From Verrucomicrobiia bacterium (lineage in GTDB: Bacteria; Verrucomicrobiota; Verrucomicrobiia; Limisphaerales; UBA11358): a stretch of DNA of 64,000 bases. Positions 1 through 11,268 of the stretch are shown piece by piece. The stretch is from assembly GCA_035577265.1 (NCBI GenBank), contig DATLVR010000126.1, positions 4,367-68,366 on the forward strand, given 5' to 3'. Position numbers and translations under genes: made by a program. The notes beneath the pieces are model-generated. The model worked only from the letters and a program-made list of their open reading frames with translations. It was not told the origin of the DNA and searched no databases. The first letter of the stretch is position 1. Each line of letters opens with the position of its first letter.

Positions 1-153
1 CCTGTGCCGGATGGCTATCAAACCTATCTGGACTTGGGGCGGTTTCGGAATGCGCTCATTTTGGAGGACGCCCGGCGACACACATCGTTGACCAATTTTA
101 TCGCGCTATATCAACTGGATGCCTACCAGCCAACGCTGGCCGCTTTAAAATAA
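1..153 (+). CDS. C-terminal fragment of an upstream gene running off the window start (product unknown)
   Basis: Frame +1 is open from base 1 to TAA at 151-153 (ends ...YQPTLAALK*). It is too short to assign a family. Confidence 0.3.
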   Translation, partial: PVPDGYQTYLDLGRFRNALILEDARRHTSLTNFIALYQLDAYQPTLAALK

Positions 154-221
154 CATATCTTCAAATCAGGATGCGTTGATTTTTAATTTGAATCTTCGGC
201 GGCTTTGCCTATCTTGGGTGC

Positions 222-3200
222 ATGTCGAACAACGCCGAACTGTTGCAGCAAGCGCTCCGTGAACGCATCGTCATCATTGACGGCGCGATGGGCACGACCA
301 TCCGCACCTACGGACTGGGCGAGGCGGAGATTCGCGGCGAACGGTTCAAGGATTCCAAGAAGGACCTCAAGAACAATGGCGACCTCTATTCGCTCACGCA
401 GGTTGCGACGATCGGCGACATTCACCGGCGCTTTCTCGAAGCGGGTGCGGACATCATCGAGACCAATACGTTTTCCGCCACCAGCATTGGCCAGAGCGAA
501 TTCTTCGTGGACGACCCGCGCGAACACGGCGGGCGCAAAGACCCGGCGTTTTACCAAGGTGTCATCGAAAATAAATTTCTCAACGACCTCGCCTGGGAGA
601 TCAACGAGCAATCCGCCAAGCAATGTCGCGAATGGTGCGACCGCATCGCTAACAAAACCGGTCGCCCGCGTTTCGTCGCCGGCGCGGTCGGGCCGCTGAC
701 AGTTTCCCTCTCGAACTCCCCGGATGCGGACGACGCGGGCTTTCGCGTTTGCACATTCGATCAGGTGAAGACGGCTTACACGCACCAGATTCGCGGACTC
801 ATCGCGGGCGGTTCGGATATTTTGCTCGTCGAAACCATTTTTGATTCGCTCAATGCCAAAGCCGCGCTCGTGGCGATTCAGGAAGTGTTCGAGCAGGATA
901 AAAAGATTCTGCCGATCATGATTTCCGCCGCCGTCGGTCGCGGTGGCGAGACGATGATTTCCGCGCAGACCATCGAGGCCTATTGGAATGCGATGAAGCA
1001 TGTGAAGCCGATTGCCATAGGCCTCAACTGCTCGCTCGGCCCGGATTTGATGAGGCCGTTCCTCGCGGAACTCGCGGAGAAATCCAGCACAGCGATTTCG
1101 TGTTATCCAAACGCCGGTTTGCCAAATCCGCTGTCGCCGACCGGATTTGACCTGAAGCCGGAAGACATGGGCAATTTCCTTGGCGAATTTGCGCAAAGCG
1201 GTTTGATCAACATCGCCGGCGGCTGTTGCGGCAACACGCCTGAACACATCGCGGCGATTGCGAAGGTGCTGGAAGGACGGCATCCGAGAGAATTCGGAGC
1301 GCCGAGCACCGTCTCGGCTCGTTCCAAACCCAATTCTCAACGGGCCGAGACGGTGCTCGGCGCTCCGCCTGCATCACTCCCGCTGCGCTTAAGCGGTTCG
1401 CAGCCGTTCACGCAGCAGATTGGTTCGTTCATCATGATCGGCGAGCGCACGAACGTCGCGGGGTCACCGAAGTTCGCCAAGCTCATCAAGGAAAACAAAT
1501 ACGAGGAAGCCGTGGCCATTGCGCGCCAGCAGGTCGAGAACGGCGCGAACATCATCGACATCTGCATGGACGAAGGGATGATCGACGGTGTCGCCGCCAT
1601 GACCCGCTTCCTGCAATTGCTCGGCAGCGAACCGGAAGTCGCCAAGGTGCCGTTCATGGTGGACTCGTCGAAGTGGGAAGTCATCGAAGCCGGCCTGAAA
1701 TGTGTCCAGGGCAAAGGCATCGTGAACTCCATTTCGATGAAGGAAGGCGAAGCGAAATTCCGCGAGCACGCGCACAAAGTTCTAAAATACGGCGCGGCCG
1801 TCGTCGTGATGGCATTCGATGAACAGGGCCAGGCCGCGACGCTCGCGGACAAGATCCGCATCTGCGAACGCGCCTATCGCATTCTGGTGGACGAGGTCGG
1901 TTTCCCGCCCGAAGACATCATTTTTGATCCGAACATTCTCACCGTCGGCACGGGCATCGAGGAACACAACAACTACGCCGTGGACTTCATCGAAGCCACG
2001 CGTTGGATCAAAAACAACCTGCCGCACGCGAAAGTTAGCGGCGGCGTGTCGAATGTGTCGTTCGGTTTTCGCGGCAACAATCCGGTGCGCGAGGCGATGC
2101 ACAGTGCGTTTCTTTATCACGCCATCAAAGCCGGCATGGACATGGGCATCGTCAACGCCGGGATGCTGGAAGTCTATGAGGAGATCGAGCCGGAACTGAA
2201 AGTGCTGGTCGAAGACGTGTTGCTCAATCGCCGCCCCGACGCGACCGAACGTCTGGTTGAACATGGTGATAAGCTCAAGGCCGCCAGTGCGGGCACAACT
2301 GCGACCGACAAAAAAGTTGAGGAAGAATGGCGCAAAGGCACGATTGAAGAACGGCTCTCGCATTCGCTGGTAAAAGGGATTGACGCTTACGTTGACGCGG
2401 ACACGGCGGAAGCGCTGGCCAAATACGGCAAACCGCTCACGGTCATCGAAGGCCCGTTAATGGCGGGGATGAGCGTGGTCGGCGATTTGTTCGGTGCCGG
2501 CAAAATGTTTTTGCCGCAGGTCGTGAAGTCGGCGCGGGTGATGAAAAAATCGGTCGCGTATCTCACGCCGTTCATGGAAGCCGAGAAGGCCGCGATGGCC
2601 GCGCGCGGCGAAGTCGTCAAGGCGCAGGGCAAAATCGTCCTCGCGACTGTCAAAGGTGACGTGCACGACATCGGCAAGAACATCGTCGGCGTCGTGCTGG
2701 CCTGCAATAATTACGAGGTCATTGACATGGGCGTGATGGTGCAGTGCGAAAAAATCCTGGAACGCGCGAAACTGGAACACGCCGACATCATCGGCTTGAG
2801 CGGGCTGATCACGCCGTCGCTGGACGAGATGGTCCACGTCGCGCGCGAGATGGAGCGCACCGGCTTCAAGGTTCCCCTGCTCATCGGCGGCGCGACCACG
2901 AGCCGGGCGCACACCGCCGTCAAGGTTGCCCAGCACTACAGCGAGCCGGTCGTCCATGTGCTCGATGCCAGCCGCGCCGTGCCGGTGATGACCAGCCTCC
3001 TGAGCAAGGACGGCAAGGCGCCGTTCGTGAAACAACTGCGCGAAGACTACGAGAAGTTGCGTTCGCAACACGCCGGTTCCGTGGCAAAGCTCTTGTCGCT
3101 CGAAGCCGCCCGCGCCAATGCGCCGAAGCTCAGTTACGATGACCTGGCCAAACCGGAATTCACCGGCACCAAAACGATTCAGCCGGCGCTCGAGGAACTG

Positions 3201-4082
3201 GTGAAGTTCATTGATTGGACGCCGTTTTTCCACACCTGGGAACTGCGCGGGGTGTATCCCAAGATTCTGCAGCACGAGAAGCATGGCGAGGAGGCGACCA
3301 AGTTGTTCGCCGATGCACAGAAGCTGCTCGCGGCAATCGTCAGCCAGAAGCTGATCCAACCGCGGGGCATTTACGGATTATTCCCGGCGAACCGGATCGG
3401 CGATGACGTGGAGGTTTACACGGATGAATCGCGCGCGAAGGTTTTGACGAAATTCCATTTCCTCCGCCAGCAGATCGAGAAAAACGACGGCACGCCCAAC
3501 TGGTGCCTGGCGGATTTTATCGCCCCGAAGCCCCAGAGCCCAGACGCCAAAGCCAATCCCCCAGTTGACCACATCGGCGCCTTCGCCGTCACCAGCGGCC
3601 ACGGCCTTGATGAGCTGGTGAAGAAATACAAGGCCGACCACGACGACTACAACGCCATCATGGCCGAAGCACTGGCTGATCGTCTGGCCGAAGCCTTCGC
3701 CGAATATTTGCATAAACACGTCCGCAACGAATGGGGCTTTGGCAAACTGGAAAAGCTCACGACGGAAGATCTGATCGAAGAAAAATATCGCGGTATCCGG
3801 CCGGCGGCCGGCTATCCCGCCTCCCCTGACCACACGGAAAAGGAGATTCTCTGGAGCCTCCTCGATGCCGAGAAACAAACCGGCATCAAGCTGACCGAAA
3901 GTTTTGCCATGTGGCCCGGCAGTTCGGTGAGCGGACTTTATTTCGCCCATCCCGAATCGAAATACTTCGCCGTCGGCAAACTCGGCAAAGACCAGGTTAC
4001 ATATCTGGCCGGACGCAAAGGGAAATCCGTTTCGGAAATGGAACGCTGGCTGGGCCCGTGGCTGAATTACAACCCGTCGTAA
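222..4082 (+). CDS. metH: Cobalamin-dependent methionine synthase
   Basis: 1286-aa ORF starting at ATG 222. The Hcy-binding, pterin-binding, B12-binding ([11 protein letters not shown] = DxHxxG) and AdoMet-activation regions are all recognisable. Confidence 0.95.
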   Translation: MSNNAELLQQALRERIVIIDGAMGTTIRTYGLGEAEIRGERFKDSKKDLKNNGDLYSLTQVATIGDIHRRFLEAGADIIETNTFSATSIGQSEFFVDDPREHGGRKDPAFYQGVIENKFLNDLAWEINEQSAKQCREWCDRIANKTGRPRFVAGAVGPLTVSLSNSPDADDAGFRVCTFDQVKTAYTHQIRGLIAGGSDILLVETIFDSLNAKAALVAIQEVFEQDKKILPIMISAAVGRGGETMISAQTIEAYWNAMKHVKPIAIGLNCSLGPDLMRPFLAELAEKSSTAISCYPNAGLPNPLSPTGFDLKPEDMGNFLGEFAQSGLINIAGGCCGNTPEHIAAIAKVLEGRHPREFGAPSTVSARSKPNSQRAETVLGAPPASLPLRLSGSQPFTQQIGSFIMIGERTNVAGSPKFAKLIKENKYEEAVAIARQQVENGANIIDICMDEGMIDGVAAMTRFLQLLGSEPEVAKVPFMVDSSKWEVIEAGLKCVQGKGIVNSISMKEGEAKFREHAHKVLKYGAAVVVMAFDEQGQAATLADKIRICERAYRILVDEVGFPPEDIIFDPNILTVGTGIEEHNNYAVDFIEATRWIKNNLPHAKVSGGVSNVSFGFRGNNPVREAMHSAFLYHAIKAGMDMGIVNAGMLEVYEEIEPELKVLVEDVLLNRRPDATERLVEHGDKLKAASAGTTATDKKVEEEWRKGTIEERLSHSLVKGIDAYVDADTAEALAKYGKPLTVIEGPLMAGMSVVGDLFGAGKMFLPQVVKSARVMKKSVAYLTPFMEAEKAAMAARGEVVKAQGKIVLATVKGDVHDIGKNIVGVVLACNNYEVIDMGVMVQCEKILERAKLEHADIIGLSGLITPSLDEMVHVAREMERTGFKVPLLIGGATTSRAHTAVKVAQHYSEPVVHVLDASRAVPVMTSLLSKDGKAPFVKQLREDYEKLRSQHAGSVAKLLSLEAARANAPKLSYDDLAKPEFTGTKTIQPALEELVKFIDWTPFFHTWELRGVYPKILQHEKHGEEATKLFADAQKLLAAIVSQKLIQPRGIYGLFPANRIGDDVEVYTDESRAKVLTKFHFLRQQIEKNDGTPNWCLADFIAPKPQSPDAKANPPVDHIGAFAVTSGHGLDELVKKYKADHDDYNAIMAEALADRLAEAFAEYLHKHVRNEWGFGKLEKLTTEDLIEEKYRGIRPAAGYPASPDHTEKEILWSLLDAEKQTGIKLTESFAMWPGSSVSGLYFAHPESKYFAVGKLGKDQVTYLAGRKGKSVSEMERWLGPWLNYNPS
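1296..1366. repeat. Palindromic element (23-nt arms, 25-nt loop) inside the metH reading frame
   Basis: Arm 1296-1318 (GGAGCGCCGAGCACCGTCTCGGC) and arm 1344-1366 are exact reverse complements. A sister copy lies at 29199-29267. Confidence 0.9.
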
Positions 4083-4239
4083 CCCGCCCAAATCAGGGGG
4101 TGGACTTTGGCGTGGTTTGGCCCAAAGATAAACCTGCCAGGTTCGGGCGGGAAGGCATCACCGTGCTGTTCGTCTCAATTGGCTGTCCCGAGGATGCGAA
4201 ATTGTCCGCCGACCGGTTTGGTCATTGGTAATTCAAGCT

Positions 4240-5358
4240 ATGAGAACACAGTTAAAATCATTCGTTTCAATTTTCTTCGTGATGTTGGCGGGCGCCGTTT
4301 TCTGCGGCTGCAAAAGCGTTCCTGCCTCCACCAAAGGCGAATTCAGCCGATTTGTCGGGTTGGAAAATTTTGCAAAGTTCGCTCGTTCGCAAAATGAAAA
4401 GGGTGAAACCGTTTTATTATCACCAATAATCAAGTCAGGGATTCCTTGGAACGAACTCATCGTTTCTTGGAACGCGGACGCTCCGCCTGGAACTTTCTTG
4501 AAAATCGAGCCGCGCGCCATTGCGAGTGACCACACTACGAAGTTTTACACTCTGGGCAACTGGTCGCTGGACAATAAAGTTTTCCCGCGCACAAGCGTTC
4601 GCGGCCAGAAAGACGCGGAGGGCAACGTGGACACGGACACTTTGATCTTAACGCACGCAGCAGAAGCCGCACAAATCCGCGTGACGCTTGGCGGTACAAA
4701 CGGCGCACGGCCCAACTTGAAATTTCTCGGCCTGTCTTTTTCGAATACGAAAGTTTCACCCGCCACGCGTCCGCCCAACCGCCTGGCGTGGGGAAAAATC
4801 ATCCCGACGCCGGAGCATTCTCAACATGGCTATCCCGACGCGAAAGGCTGGTGCAGTCCGACGTCGCTTTCGATGGCGCTATCCCGCTGGGCGGAGATTT
4901 TGAACCGGCCGGAGCTGAATCTCACCGTGCCGGAAGTCGCAGCAAAAGTTTATGACCATGATTTTGCCGGCACGGGCAACTGGCCGTTCAACACGGCGTT
5001 CGCCGGCAGTTTCAGCGGCATGCGAAGTTACGTCACGCGCTTCGACGATTTGACGGAAGCGGAAGATTGGATCGCGGCCGGCATTCCCGTGATTCTGTCC
5101 GCGCGCTGGGACTGGCTGCAGCCGGGCCGGCCGCCGGACAGCGTTGGACATTTAATCGTCTGCATCGGCTTCACCGAGAATGGCGACGTGGTCATCAACG
5201 ATCCGGCGGCACGGCTGGAACTTGGTCAATCCGTCCGCCGCATTTACAAGCGCGCGGATGTCGCCCATTCGTGGACGAAATCGCACAACGCGGTTTATCT
5301 CGTCTATCCCGAAGGCGCGAAGATTCCGGCAAACAAATACGGGCATTGGGAGAACTGA
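4240..5358 (+). CDS. Peptidase C39-like family lipoprotein
   Basis: ATG 4240 gives a lipoprotein-type signal (...LAGAVFCGC); the track ORF opens at TTG 4225. The C-terminal half has a C39-like Cys/His pattern (GWCSPTSLSM ... GHLIVCIGF ... VINDPA). Confidence 0.7.
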   Translation: MRTQLKSFVSIFFVMLAGAVFCGCKSVPASTKGEFSRFVGLENFAKFARSQNEKGETVLLSPIIKSGIPWNELIVSWNADAPPGTFLKIEPRAIASDHTTKFYTLGNWSLDNKVFPRTSVRGQKDAEGNVDTDTLILTHAAEAAQIRVTLGGTNGARPNLKFLGLSFSNTKVSPATRPPNRLAWGKIIPTPEHSQHGYPDAKGWCSPTSLSMALSRWAEILNRPELNLTVPEVAAKVYDHDFAGTGNWPFNTAFAGSFSGMRSYVTRFDDLTEAEDWIAAGIPVILSARWDWLQPGRPPDSVGHLIVCIGFTENGDVVINDPAARLELGQSVRRIYKRADVAHSWTKSHNAVYLVYPEGAKIPANKYGHWEN

Positions 5359-5359
5359 A

Positions 5360-6835
5360 TTATTTTTCACGCCCGGCTTCGGGCACGCGGATCAAGCTTC
5401 GCAGGGCGATCAATCCAACCGGCGCGATTGTGGCGGTGAGCGCGACGAACAACCACATCGTTTCGGAGTGCCGTTCGCCAACCGCCGGGCAATACGTCGC
5501 CAGCAACGTTCCGGAAAACGTTCCGATCAACAGTTTCGCCAGCAGAAACGGAACGTAGGAGAGCGCACCGTAAGAGGCTTCCTGGCCTTTCGGCGCGATG
5601 GCCGAGGCGTATTCGTAAACGCGCGGTGAATAGAATGCCTCGCCAACCGACAACACGATGACATAGAGCGCGATCATCACATAGTAAGGATGGACCGCGC
5701 CGGTCAGCCCAAGATAATGATGTCCCAGCCACTGGCCGAGCGCGCCGTCGGCCAGCGGTTGAAACCACGCGGTCGGCAACGCCATGATGAACACCGACGC
5801 CGCGGAAAGAGCACCGCCCAGCGTCACCATGCCGTAAGCGGGAAACCGCTGGGTCAGCGCGCCGATCAGCGGCACCAGGACAATGACAATCATGGCGTTG
5901 ATGCCCCAAAGCCGGCCCACCGGAGCGCCCTCGCCAAGTTCGCGGATGCCGAATTCCGGAAAGACGTAATACATCTGCATGAAGATCAACTTCAGAAAGG
6001 CGATCAACAGAAGAAACACGAGCAGCCGGTAAAATGCCGACTGCTGGAACAGTTCGCCAAAAATCCGGATGGTTTCCTGCGCGCTGTCGCGGACGGAAAC
6101 AAAAAACGACTGCAGGAAATTCAATCCCGGCAGCCGGCACGGCACCGGATTGATTTTGACGCCCTCGTCGGTGACCTCCACGCCCGGCCGCATGAGCCAC
6201 ACCAGCGGCAGCATCAACAGTTCGAGACCGAAGCTCACCACGAACAAGGCACGATAGGTCGAGATGGAACCGTCCAGCCCGGGCAGCACGAGGTGGCCGC
6301 GCTCGCCGAGACCCTGGCGCACCCAGTCGAAGATGAAAGCGGCCAGGAGGGAGCCGAAATTAACCATCATGTAGGAGCCGGAAAAGGCGATCGACCGCTG
6401 CCGAGTGGTGGAGAATTTCCGGACGGCCGCCACGAGCGCGGGCGTTCCCAGCGCTTCGCCGACTGCCAGGGGGAACAATCCAAACGCGATGGCGAACCAG
6501 GGCGAACTGGAAAGCACCATCACGGCCCGGCCGAAGATGCACACCCAGATGCCGATGAAAAGCGTCTTGCGCAGTCCGATGGCGTCGGTCAGCGCGCCGA
6601 CGAGCAGCGTGACCACGGTCATCGAGACCGACCACACGGCCACGAGCCCCAACGCCTGCTGGTCGCTGTAGCCGAAATCGGCGGAGAGCCAGCGTTTCAG
6701 CGCCAGGTTGGTCACGGCGTAGGCGGCGAAGTTGAGCAGCTTGAGCGCGAACGTGAGCCACAGCTCGCGCGCCGCGCCGTTGAGGACGGTGAATTTGCCC
6801 ACGAAATTGGCGATGGATGGGTGGGTGGCTGCCAT
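5360..6835 (-). CDS. MFS-type transporter
   Basis: 491-aa ORF made of many hydrophobic helices with an MFS-like loop (GALTDAIGLRK). Confidence 0.8.
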   Translation of the reverse strand: MAATHPSIANFVGKFTVLNGAARELWLTFALKLLNFAAYAVTNLALKRWLSADFGYSDQQALGLVAVWSVSMTVVTLLVGALTDAIGLRKTLFIGIWVCIFGRAVMVLSSSPWFAIAFGLFPLAVGEALGTPALVAAVRKFSTTRQRSIAFSGSYMMVNFGSLLAAFIFDWVRQGLGERGHLVLPGLDGSISTYRALFVVSFGLELLMLPLVWLMRPGVEVTDEGVKINPVPCRLPGLNFLQSFFVSVRDSAQETIRIFGELFQQSAFYRLLVFLLLIAFLKLIFMQMYYVFPEFGIRELGEGAPVGRLWGINAMIVIVLVPLIGALTQRFPAYGMVTLGGALSAASVFIMALPTAWFQPLADGALGQWLGHHYLGLTGAVHPYYVMIALYVIVLSVGEAFYSPRVYEYASAIAPKGQEASYGALSYVPFLLAKLLIGTFSGTLLATYCPAVGERHSETMWLFVALTATIAPVGLIALRSLIRVPEAGREK

Positions 6836-6943
6836 GATGATTTTAACCGGCGCAGAAAACTACCCTCCCGAAGGCGGCGGGAAAAGCGCTAACCTCGGCG
6901 CGCCCGGACTTGTCATTTGGCAATTGTGCCTTAAACTTGGGAT

Positions 6944-7399
6944 GTGAAAAATGAAGTCGTGCCGGTTCAGATCCGCGGTATCCTGCCCGCCAACAGCGGC
7001 TGCGCGCTGTTTGTGGGCAACGACGAAAAGGTTTTTGTCATCAACGTCGAACCCCAGATGGGCGCGGTAATCGGGATGTTTCTGCGGGATGAACCGAAGG
7101 AACGCCCGCTGACGCACGATTTGATGCAGCGTATTTTCAAGGGCTTCAACATCACCGTCGAGCGCGTGATCATCACGGACTTGAAAAACTCCACCTACTT
7201 CGCCCGCCTCATCCTGCAGCAGCAGAATGAAGTCGCCCGCAAAATCGTGGAGATCGACGCCCGGCCCAGCGACTGTCTCGCCATCGCCGCCGCGCAGAAG
7301 AAGCCGATTTTTGTCACGACCCCGCTGTTTGAACAGGTCGAGGACATGAGCGAAGTGCTGAACCGGATCAACGAATCCGGCAGCGAATCCGTGGAATAA
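6944..7399 (+). CDS. Bifunctional nuclease (DUF151/BFN) family protein
   Basis: 151-aa ORF with a GTG start. Motifs ERPLTHDLM and IDARPSDCLAIA are typical of this family. Confidence 0.75.
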   Translation: MKNEVVPVQIRGILPANSGCALFVGNDEKVFVINVEPQMGAVIGMFLRDEPKERPLTHDLMQRIFKGFNITVERVIITDLKNSTYFARLILQQQNEVARKIVEIDARPSDCLAIAAAQKKPIFVTTPLFEQVEDMSEVLNRINESGSESVE

Positions 7400-7400
7400 C

Positions 7401-8531
7401 ATGCCCCCCGCCAAAGTTTCATCCCTCGCGCTTGTCTGTGGCGACGATGAATTCGCCGTCAAGCAACGCGCCCGCCAACTCTATCAGCAATGGTCCGAAG
7501 AACTCGGCGGCATGGATCACGAAACGATCGAGGCGTCCGTTTCCAACAGCGGCGATGCGCTCAAGGTCATCGGCCGCCTGCGCGAAGCGTTGAACACCCT
7601 GCCCTTCTTTGGTTCCGGCAAGGTCGTCTGGCTGCGCGATTGCAACTTCCTGGGCGACGAACGCACGGCCTCGTCCGCCGCCGTCACGGAAACGCTGGGC
7701 GAACTGGCGGAAGAACTGAAGACGTTCGTGTGGCAAAGCGTGCGGCTGCTCATCAGCGCGGGCAAGGTGGACAAGCGCAAAACTTTTTTCAAGACGCTCG
7801 ATAAAATCGGCTCGGTCGAAAATTTCTCCGCCTGGTCGGCGGACGACAAGGACTGGGCGGAACGCGCCGAAGCGGCCGCCCGCGCCACGGTGCGCGCCCG
7901 GCAAAAGGAAATTTCGGAGGAGGCGCTCGCCGAACTGGTCAATCGCGTCGGGCCGAACGCCCGTCAACTGGACAGTGAGACGGAGAAATTATGCCTGTTT
8001 GCCGGCGACCGCAAAAAAATCGAATTCACCGATGTCGCCGCCATTTGCACGCGGAACAAGACGGCCCGGGCCTTTGCCCTGGGTGACGCACTCGGCGACC
8101 GTGATCTGCCGCGCCTGTTGAAACGGCTGGACGAGGAACTTTGGGAGATGAAGTCGGACAAGGACAAATCTGAAATCGGCCTGCTTTACGGTCTGATCGG
8201 GAAAATCCGCGCCATGCTGCTGCTGAAGGAAATGCTGCGCGAAGGCTGGATCAAGCCGGAGATGGATTACAACCGGTTCAAAACGCAGCTGGGGAACGTG
8301 CCCGCCGATCAACTGCCGGCGGACAAGCGATTCAATCCGCTCGCGCTGAACCCTTATGTGCTTTACAAAGCGCTGCCGCAGGCCAAAAAATACACCCAGA
8401 ACGAACTAGTTCGCGCGATGGATCTGCTGTTGCGTTGCAATCAGCGGCTGGTGTCGAGCAGCCTCGACGAAGCACTGGTATTACAGCAGGCCTTGGTGCA
8501 GATTGTAACGCCGCAAGCCGTCGCAGCTTGA
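7401..8531 (+). CDS. holA: DNA polymerase III delta subunit
   Basis: 376-aa ORF with delta-subunit-like length and N-terminal pattern. It starts 1 nt after the previous gene's stop codon. Confidence 0.75.
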   Translation: MPPAKVSSLALVCGDDEFAVKQRARQLYQQWSEELGGMDHETIEASVSNSGDALKVIGRLREALNTLPFFGSGKVVWLRDCNFLGDERTASSAAVTETLGELAEELKTFVWQSVRLLISAGKVDKRKTFFKTLDKIGSVENFSAWSADDKDWAERAEAAARATVRARQKEISEEALAELVNRVGPNARQLDSETEKLCLFAGDRKKIEFTDVAAICTRNKTARAFALGDALGDRDLPRLLKRLDEELWEMKSDKDKSEIGLLYGLIGKIRAMLLLKEMLREGWIKPEMDYNRFKTQLGNVPADQLPADKRFNPLALNPYVLYKALPQAKKYTQNELVRAMDLLLRCNQRLVSSSLDEALVLQQALVQIVTPQAVAA

Positions 8532-8546
8532 GATTTTAAACGGAAC

Positions 8547-9071
8547 ATGGCAACACAGTCTGCAAATTTATCAGTGCTGGTGGGCAGCAATTTCGCCTGC
8601 GTGAAAATCGCCGGGCGGGCCAACTTTGCCTCCAGCCCCGACTTCAAGACCTTGATCGAGCAGCTCACGCAAAAAGGCTACGCGCACTTCATCATCGATC
8701 TTTCGGAATGCGTGTTGATGGACAGCACGTTTCTGGGCGTGCTGGCGCAGTTCGGCTTGAAACTAAACGCGTCCAATGGAGACGGAAAACCCGGGCTTGA
8801 ACTATCCAACCCCAACACGCGGGTCACCGAGTTGTTGGAAAATCTGGGCGCGCTGCACCTTTTCAAAACCTTGTCCGGCGAACTGGTGCTTCCGGATGGC
8901 ATGACCAGTTGCATTCCGGATCCCATCCATCCCACTCACGAGCAGATCACCCGCACCAGCCTGGAAGCGCATCAGACGCTCATGGCCGTGAATCCCGATA
9001 ACGTCGCCCGCTTCAAAGACGTCACCCAGTTTCTCGCCGAAGATCTGCAAAATATTCAGCGGTGCAAATAA
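8547..9071 (+). CDS. STAS domain protein (anti-sigma-factor-antagonist-like)
   Basis: 174-aa ORF with a STAS-like core (AHFIIDLSECVLMDSTFLGVLAQF). Confidence 0.65.
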   Translation: MATQSANLSVLVGSNFACVKIAGRANFASSPDFKTLIEQLTQKGYAHFIIDLSECVLMDSTFLGVLAQFGLKLNASNGDGKPGLELSNPNTRVTELLENLGALHLFKTLSGELVLPDGMTSCIPDPIHPTHEQITRTSLEAHQTLMAVNPDNVARFKDVTQFLAEDLQNIQRCK

Positions 9072-9074
9072 AAA

Positions 9075-9110
9075 CTGCGCCGTGCTTGATTCACGGCGCA
9101 GTCGTTTGAA
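9075..9110. terminator. Bidirectional rho-independent terminator between the convergent STAS gene and ftsH
   Basis: Perfect 10-bp stem CTGCGCCGTG/CACGGCGCAG (9075-9084 / 9092-9101). A T-rich tail follows on the + strand and a T5 run follows on the - strand. Confidence 0.7.
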
Positions 9111-9133
9111 TTTGAAATTTTTCCCCGGCAGCT

Positions 9134-11191
9134 TTACGCCGCGGCCGGTGCCGGCGAACCGAGCCCGGGCAATTTCGGCGGTGTGGGCTTGGGCGGCATT
9201 TCCGGCAGCGGTGTCGCGGCCTGGGCACCGGACGGCGGATCAACCTTGGGCGTGGGCGGCGGCGGTGTGAAGGTTCCCAAACGCACAATGTCGGCCACCT
9301 GCGCGCCATCCAGCGTTTCATATTCCAGCAGCGCATTGGCGATCATCTCCAGCTTGTCGCGGTTCGCATAAATCATTTCATGCGCCCGCTGGTAACAACG
9401 GTTGATGATGCCGCGCACTTCGGCGTCAATTTCCTGCGCGGTCGTTTCGCTGTAGGTCTTGCGGCGCATCATGTCGCGGCCAAGGAAAAACTCATCGTCC
9501 TCGACATATTGCACCATGCCGAGCTTTTCGCTCATGCCGTATTGGCAGACCATGGCGTGCGCCATGTTCGTGGCCTGCTGGATGTCGCCGCCCGCTCCGG
9601 TCGAAATGTCGCCGGAAGTGATCTCCTCCGCAATGCGCCCGGCCATCGTCATCGTGATGCTGTCGAGCAGTTCCTTTTTGCGGTAATTCAGGATGTCCTC
9701 TTTCGGCAACGACATGGTCGAACCGAGCGACGGACCGCGTGGAATGATCGTGACCTTGTGCAGCGGATGCGTGTGTTCGAGCAGCACGTTCACCAGCGCG
9801 TGGCCGGCTTCGTGCCACGCGGTAAGTTTTTTGTTCTCGTCGGTCATCGCCATGCTGCGGCGTTCGCGACCCCAACGCACTTTGTCGCGGGCCTCCTCAA
9901 GCTCGGCCTGACCGACAAATTTCTTGCCGGTGCGGGCGGCCAGCAGCGCCGCCTCGTTCAGCAGATTCGCCAGCTCCGCGCCGGAATAACCAGGCGTGCC
10001 GCGGGCCGTGACTGACAGGTCAACCACCGGATCCAGCTTCACGTTGCGGGAATGCACCTTCAAGATTGCTTCGCGCCCGCGCACGTCGGGCAGGTTCACC
10101 GTAATGCGGCGGTCGAAACGTCCCGGACGCAGCAACGCCGGATCCAGCACGTCGGCGCGGTTGGTCGCCGCGATGATGATGATGCCTTCCTGCGTATCAA
10201 AGCCGTCCATCTCGACGAGCAAGGCGTTCAAGGTTTGTTCGCGTTCGTCATTGCCGCCGCCCAGGCCGACACCACGGCTACGGCCCACCGCGTCGATTTC
10301 GTCAATGAAGATCAAACATGGAACGTTTTTGCGCGCCTGGTCGAACATGTCCCGCACGCGGCTTGCCCCGACGCCGACAAACATCTCCACGAAATCCGAA
10401 CCGCTGATGCTGAAGAACGAGGCGTCCGCCTCGCCCGCGATGGCCTTGGCGAGAAGCGTTTTGCCCGTGCCGGGCGAACCGACCATCAGCACGCCCTTTG
10501 GAATCCGGCCGCCGAGGCGTTGAAACTTTTTCGGGTCCTTCAAGAACTCCACGAGTTCGGAAACTTCCTCGATGGCCTCGTCAATTCCCGCCACGTCCTT
10601 GAAGGTCGTCTTGTTGCGGTCCTTGGCGAGCATCCGCGCCTTGCTTTTGCCGAAGCTCAAGGCGCCCTTGCCCGCCATCTTGATCTGGCGGATGAAGAAG
10701 AACCAGAACAGGACGCCGATCAACAGAAACGGCGCGACATTGAGCAGCAGCGTGAACAAAACCGTGTTCTGCTGGACGGGCACAAATTTTTGCGAAGCCA
10801 GCAGCTTGTCCAGCCGGGTTTGCGTGAGCAGCACCTGCGAAACCGAGAACGGCACTTCCACGGACTTTCCATTCTCCTTGATGATGGCGCCGTCCTTGTC
10901 GGTCTTGTAATAAAAGCCGGTGATGTCATTGAACGTGGCGTTCGGATACGCCGACTGGGGCACATAATCAATGGTTCCCTTGGCGATCAGATCGGCGTCA
11001 ACCTTCTGGAAAAAATCAGCCTCCGTGATCTGGTTGGTGGGCGTATTGATGCGATTGTGCAACAGGGCCAATCCCACAATGCTCCCGATGATCAGGATCC
11101 ACACGAGCCAGGTGCTCACGGGGAATTGAAAGTTGCCCGGCGGCTTCTTCTGGCCGTCGCCGCCCATTTTGTTTTTATCTTCGTCAGACAT
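9134..11191 (-). CDS. ftsH: ATP-dependent zinc metalloprotease FtsH
   Basis: 685-aa ORF with N-terminal TM helices, Walker A GSPGTGKT and zinc motif HEAGHAL. Confidence 0.95.
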   Translation of the reverse strand: MSDEDKNKMGGDGQKKPPGNFQFPVSTWLVWILIIGSIVGLALLHNRINTPTNQITEADFFQKVDADLIAKGTIDYVPQSAYPNATFNDITGFYYKTDKDGAIIKENGKSVEVPFSVSQVLLTQTRLDKLLASQKFVPVQQNTVLFTLLLNVAPFLLIGVLFWFFFIRQIKMAGKGALSFGKSKARMLAKDRNKTTFKDVAGIDEAIEEVSELVEFLKDPKKFQRLGGRIPKGVLMVGSPGTGKTLLAKAIAGEADASFFSISGSDFVEMFVGVGASRVRDMFDQARKNVPCLIFIDEIDAVGRSRGVGLGGGNDEREQTLNALLVEMDGFDTQEGIIIIAATNRADVLDPALLRPGRFDRRITVNLPDVRGREAILKVHSRNVKLDPVVDLSVTARGTPGYSGAELANLLNEAALLAARTGKKFVGQAELEEARDKVRWGRERRSMAMTDENKKLTAWHEAGHALVNVLLEHTHPLHKVTIIPRGPSLGSTMSLPKEDILNYRKKELLDSITMTMAGRIAEEITSGDISTGAGGDIQQATNMAHAMVCQYGMSEKLGMVQYVEDDEFFLGRDMMRRKTYSETTAQEIDAEVRGIINRCYQRAHEMIYANRDKLEMIANALLEYETLDGAQVADIVRLGTFTPPPPTPKVDPPSGAQAATPLPEMPPKPTPPKLPGLGSPAPAAA

Positions 11192-11268
11192 GATTTTTAA
11201 CTTTGGCAGAGGAAAGTAACACGCCGTTCCCGCTTTCGCAATCAGCGAATTCTGCTATCCTCGACGGG

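Noticed and set aside
183-1340. Long antisense or out-of-frame ORFs throughout the track. Examples are 183-1340(-), 3378-4091(-), 5690-6892(+), 10052-11200(+), 15172-16389(+), 20962-22137(-), 39127-40395(+), 40444-41631(+), 48557-49534(-) and 56992-57933(-).
   Set aside because: Each lies opposite to, or overlaps, a gene with strong family motifs. Their products are Arg/Gly/Ala/His-rich low-complexity strings, typical of shadow ORFs in GC-rich DNA.
4083-4151. Nested hairpin right after the metH stop (CCCGCCCAAA ... TTCGGGCGGG, with inner CTTTGG...CCAAAG), considered as a terminator.
   Set aside because: No U-tract follows it. It may be another repeat or a structural element, but I cannot support a terminator call.
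11203-11268. The N-terminal extension of dus from TTG 11203, and similar upstream extensions of the track ORFs at 4225, 17229, 20965(-), 25964, 29510, 32901, 43092(-), 45202, 46195, 46734, 50444, 54541(-), 57229 and 60544.
   Set aside because: In each case a downstream ATG or GTG gives a canonical N-terminus or a signal/lipoprotein peptide, and the extension often covers repeat elements or the neighbouring gene.
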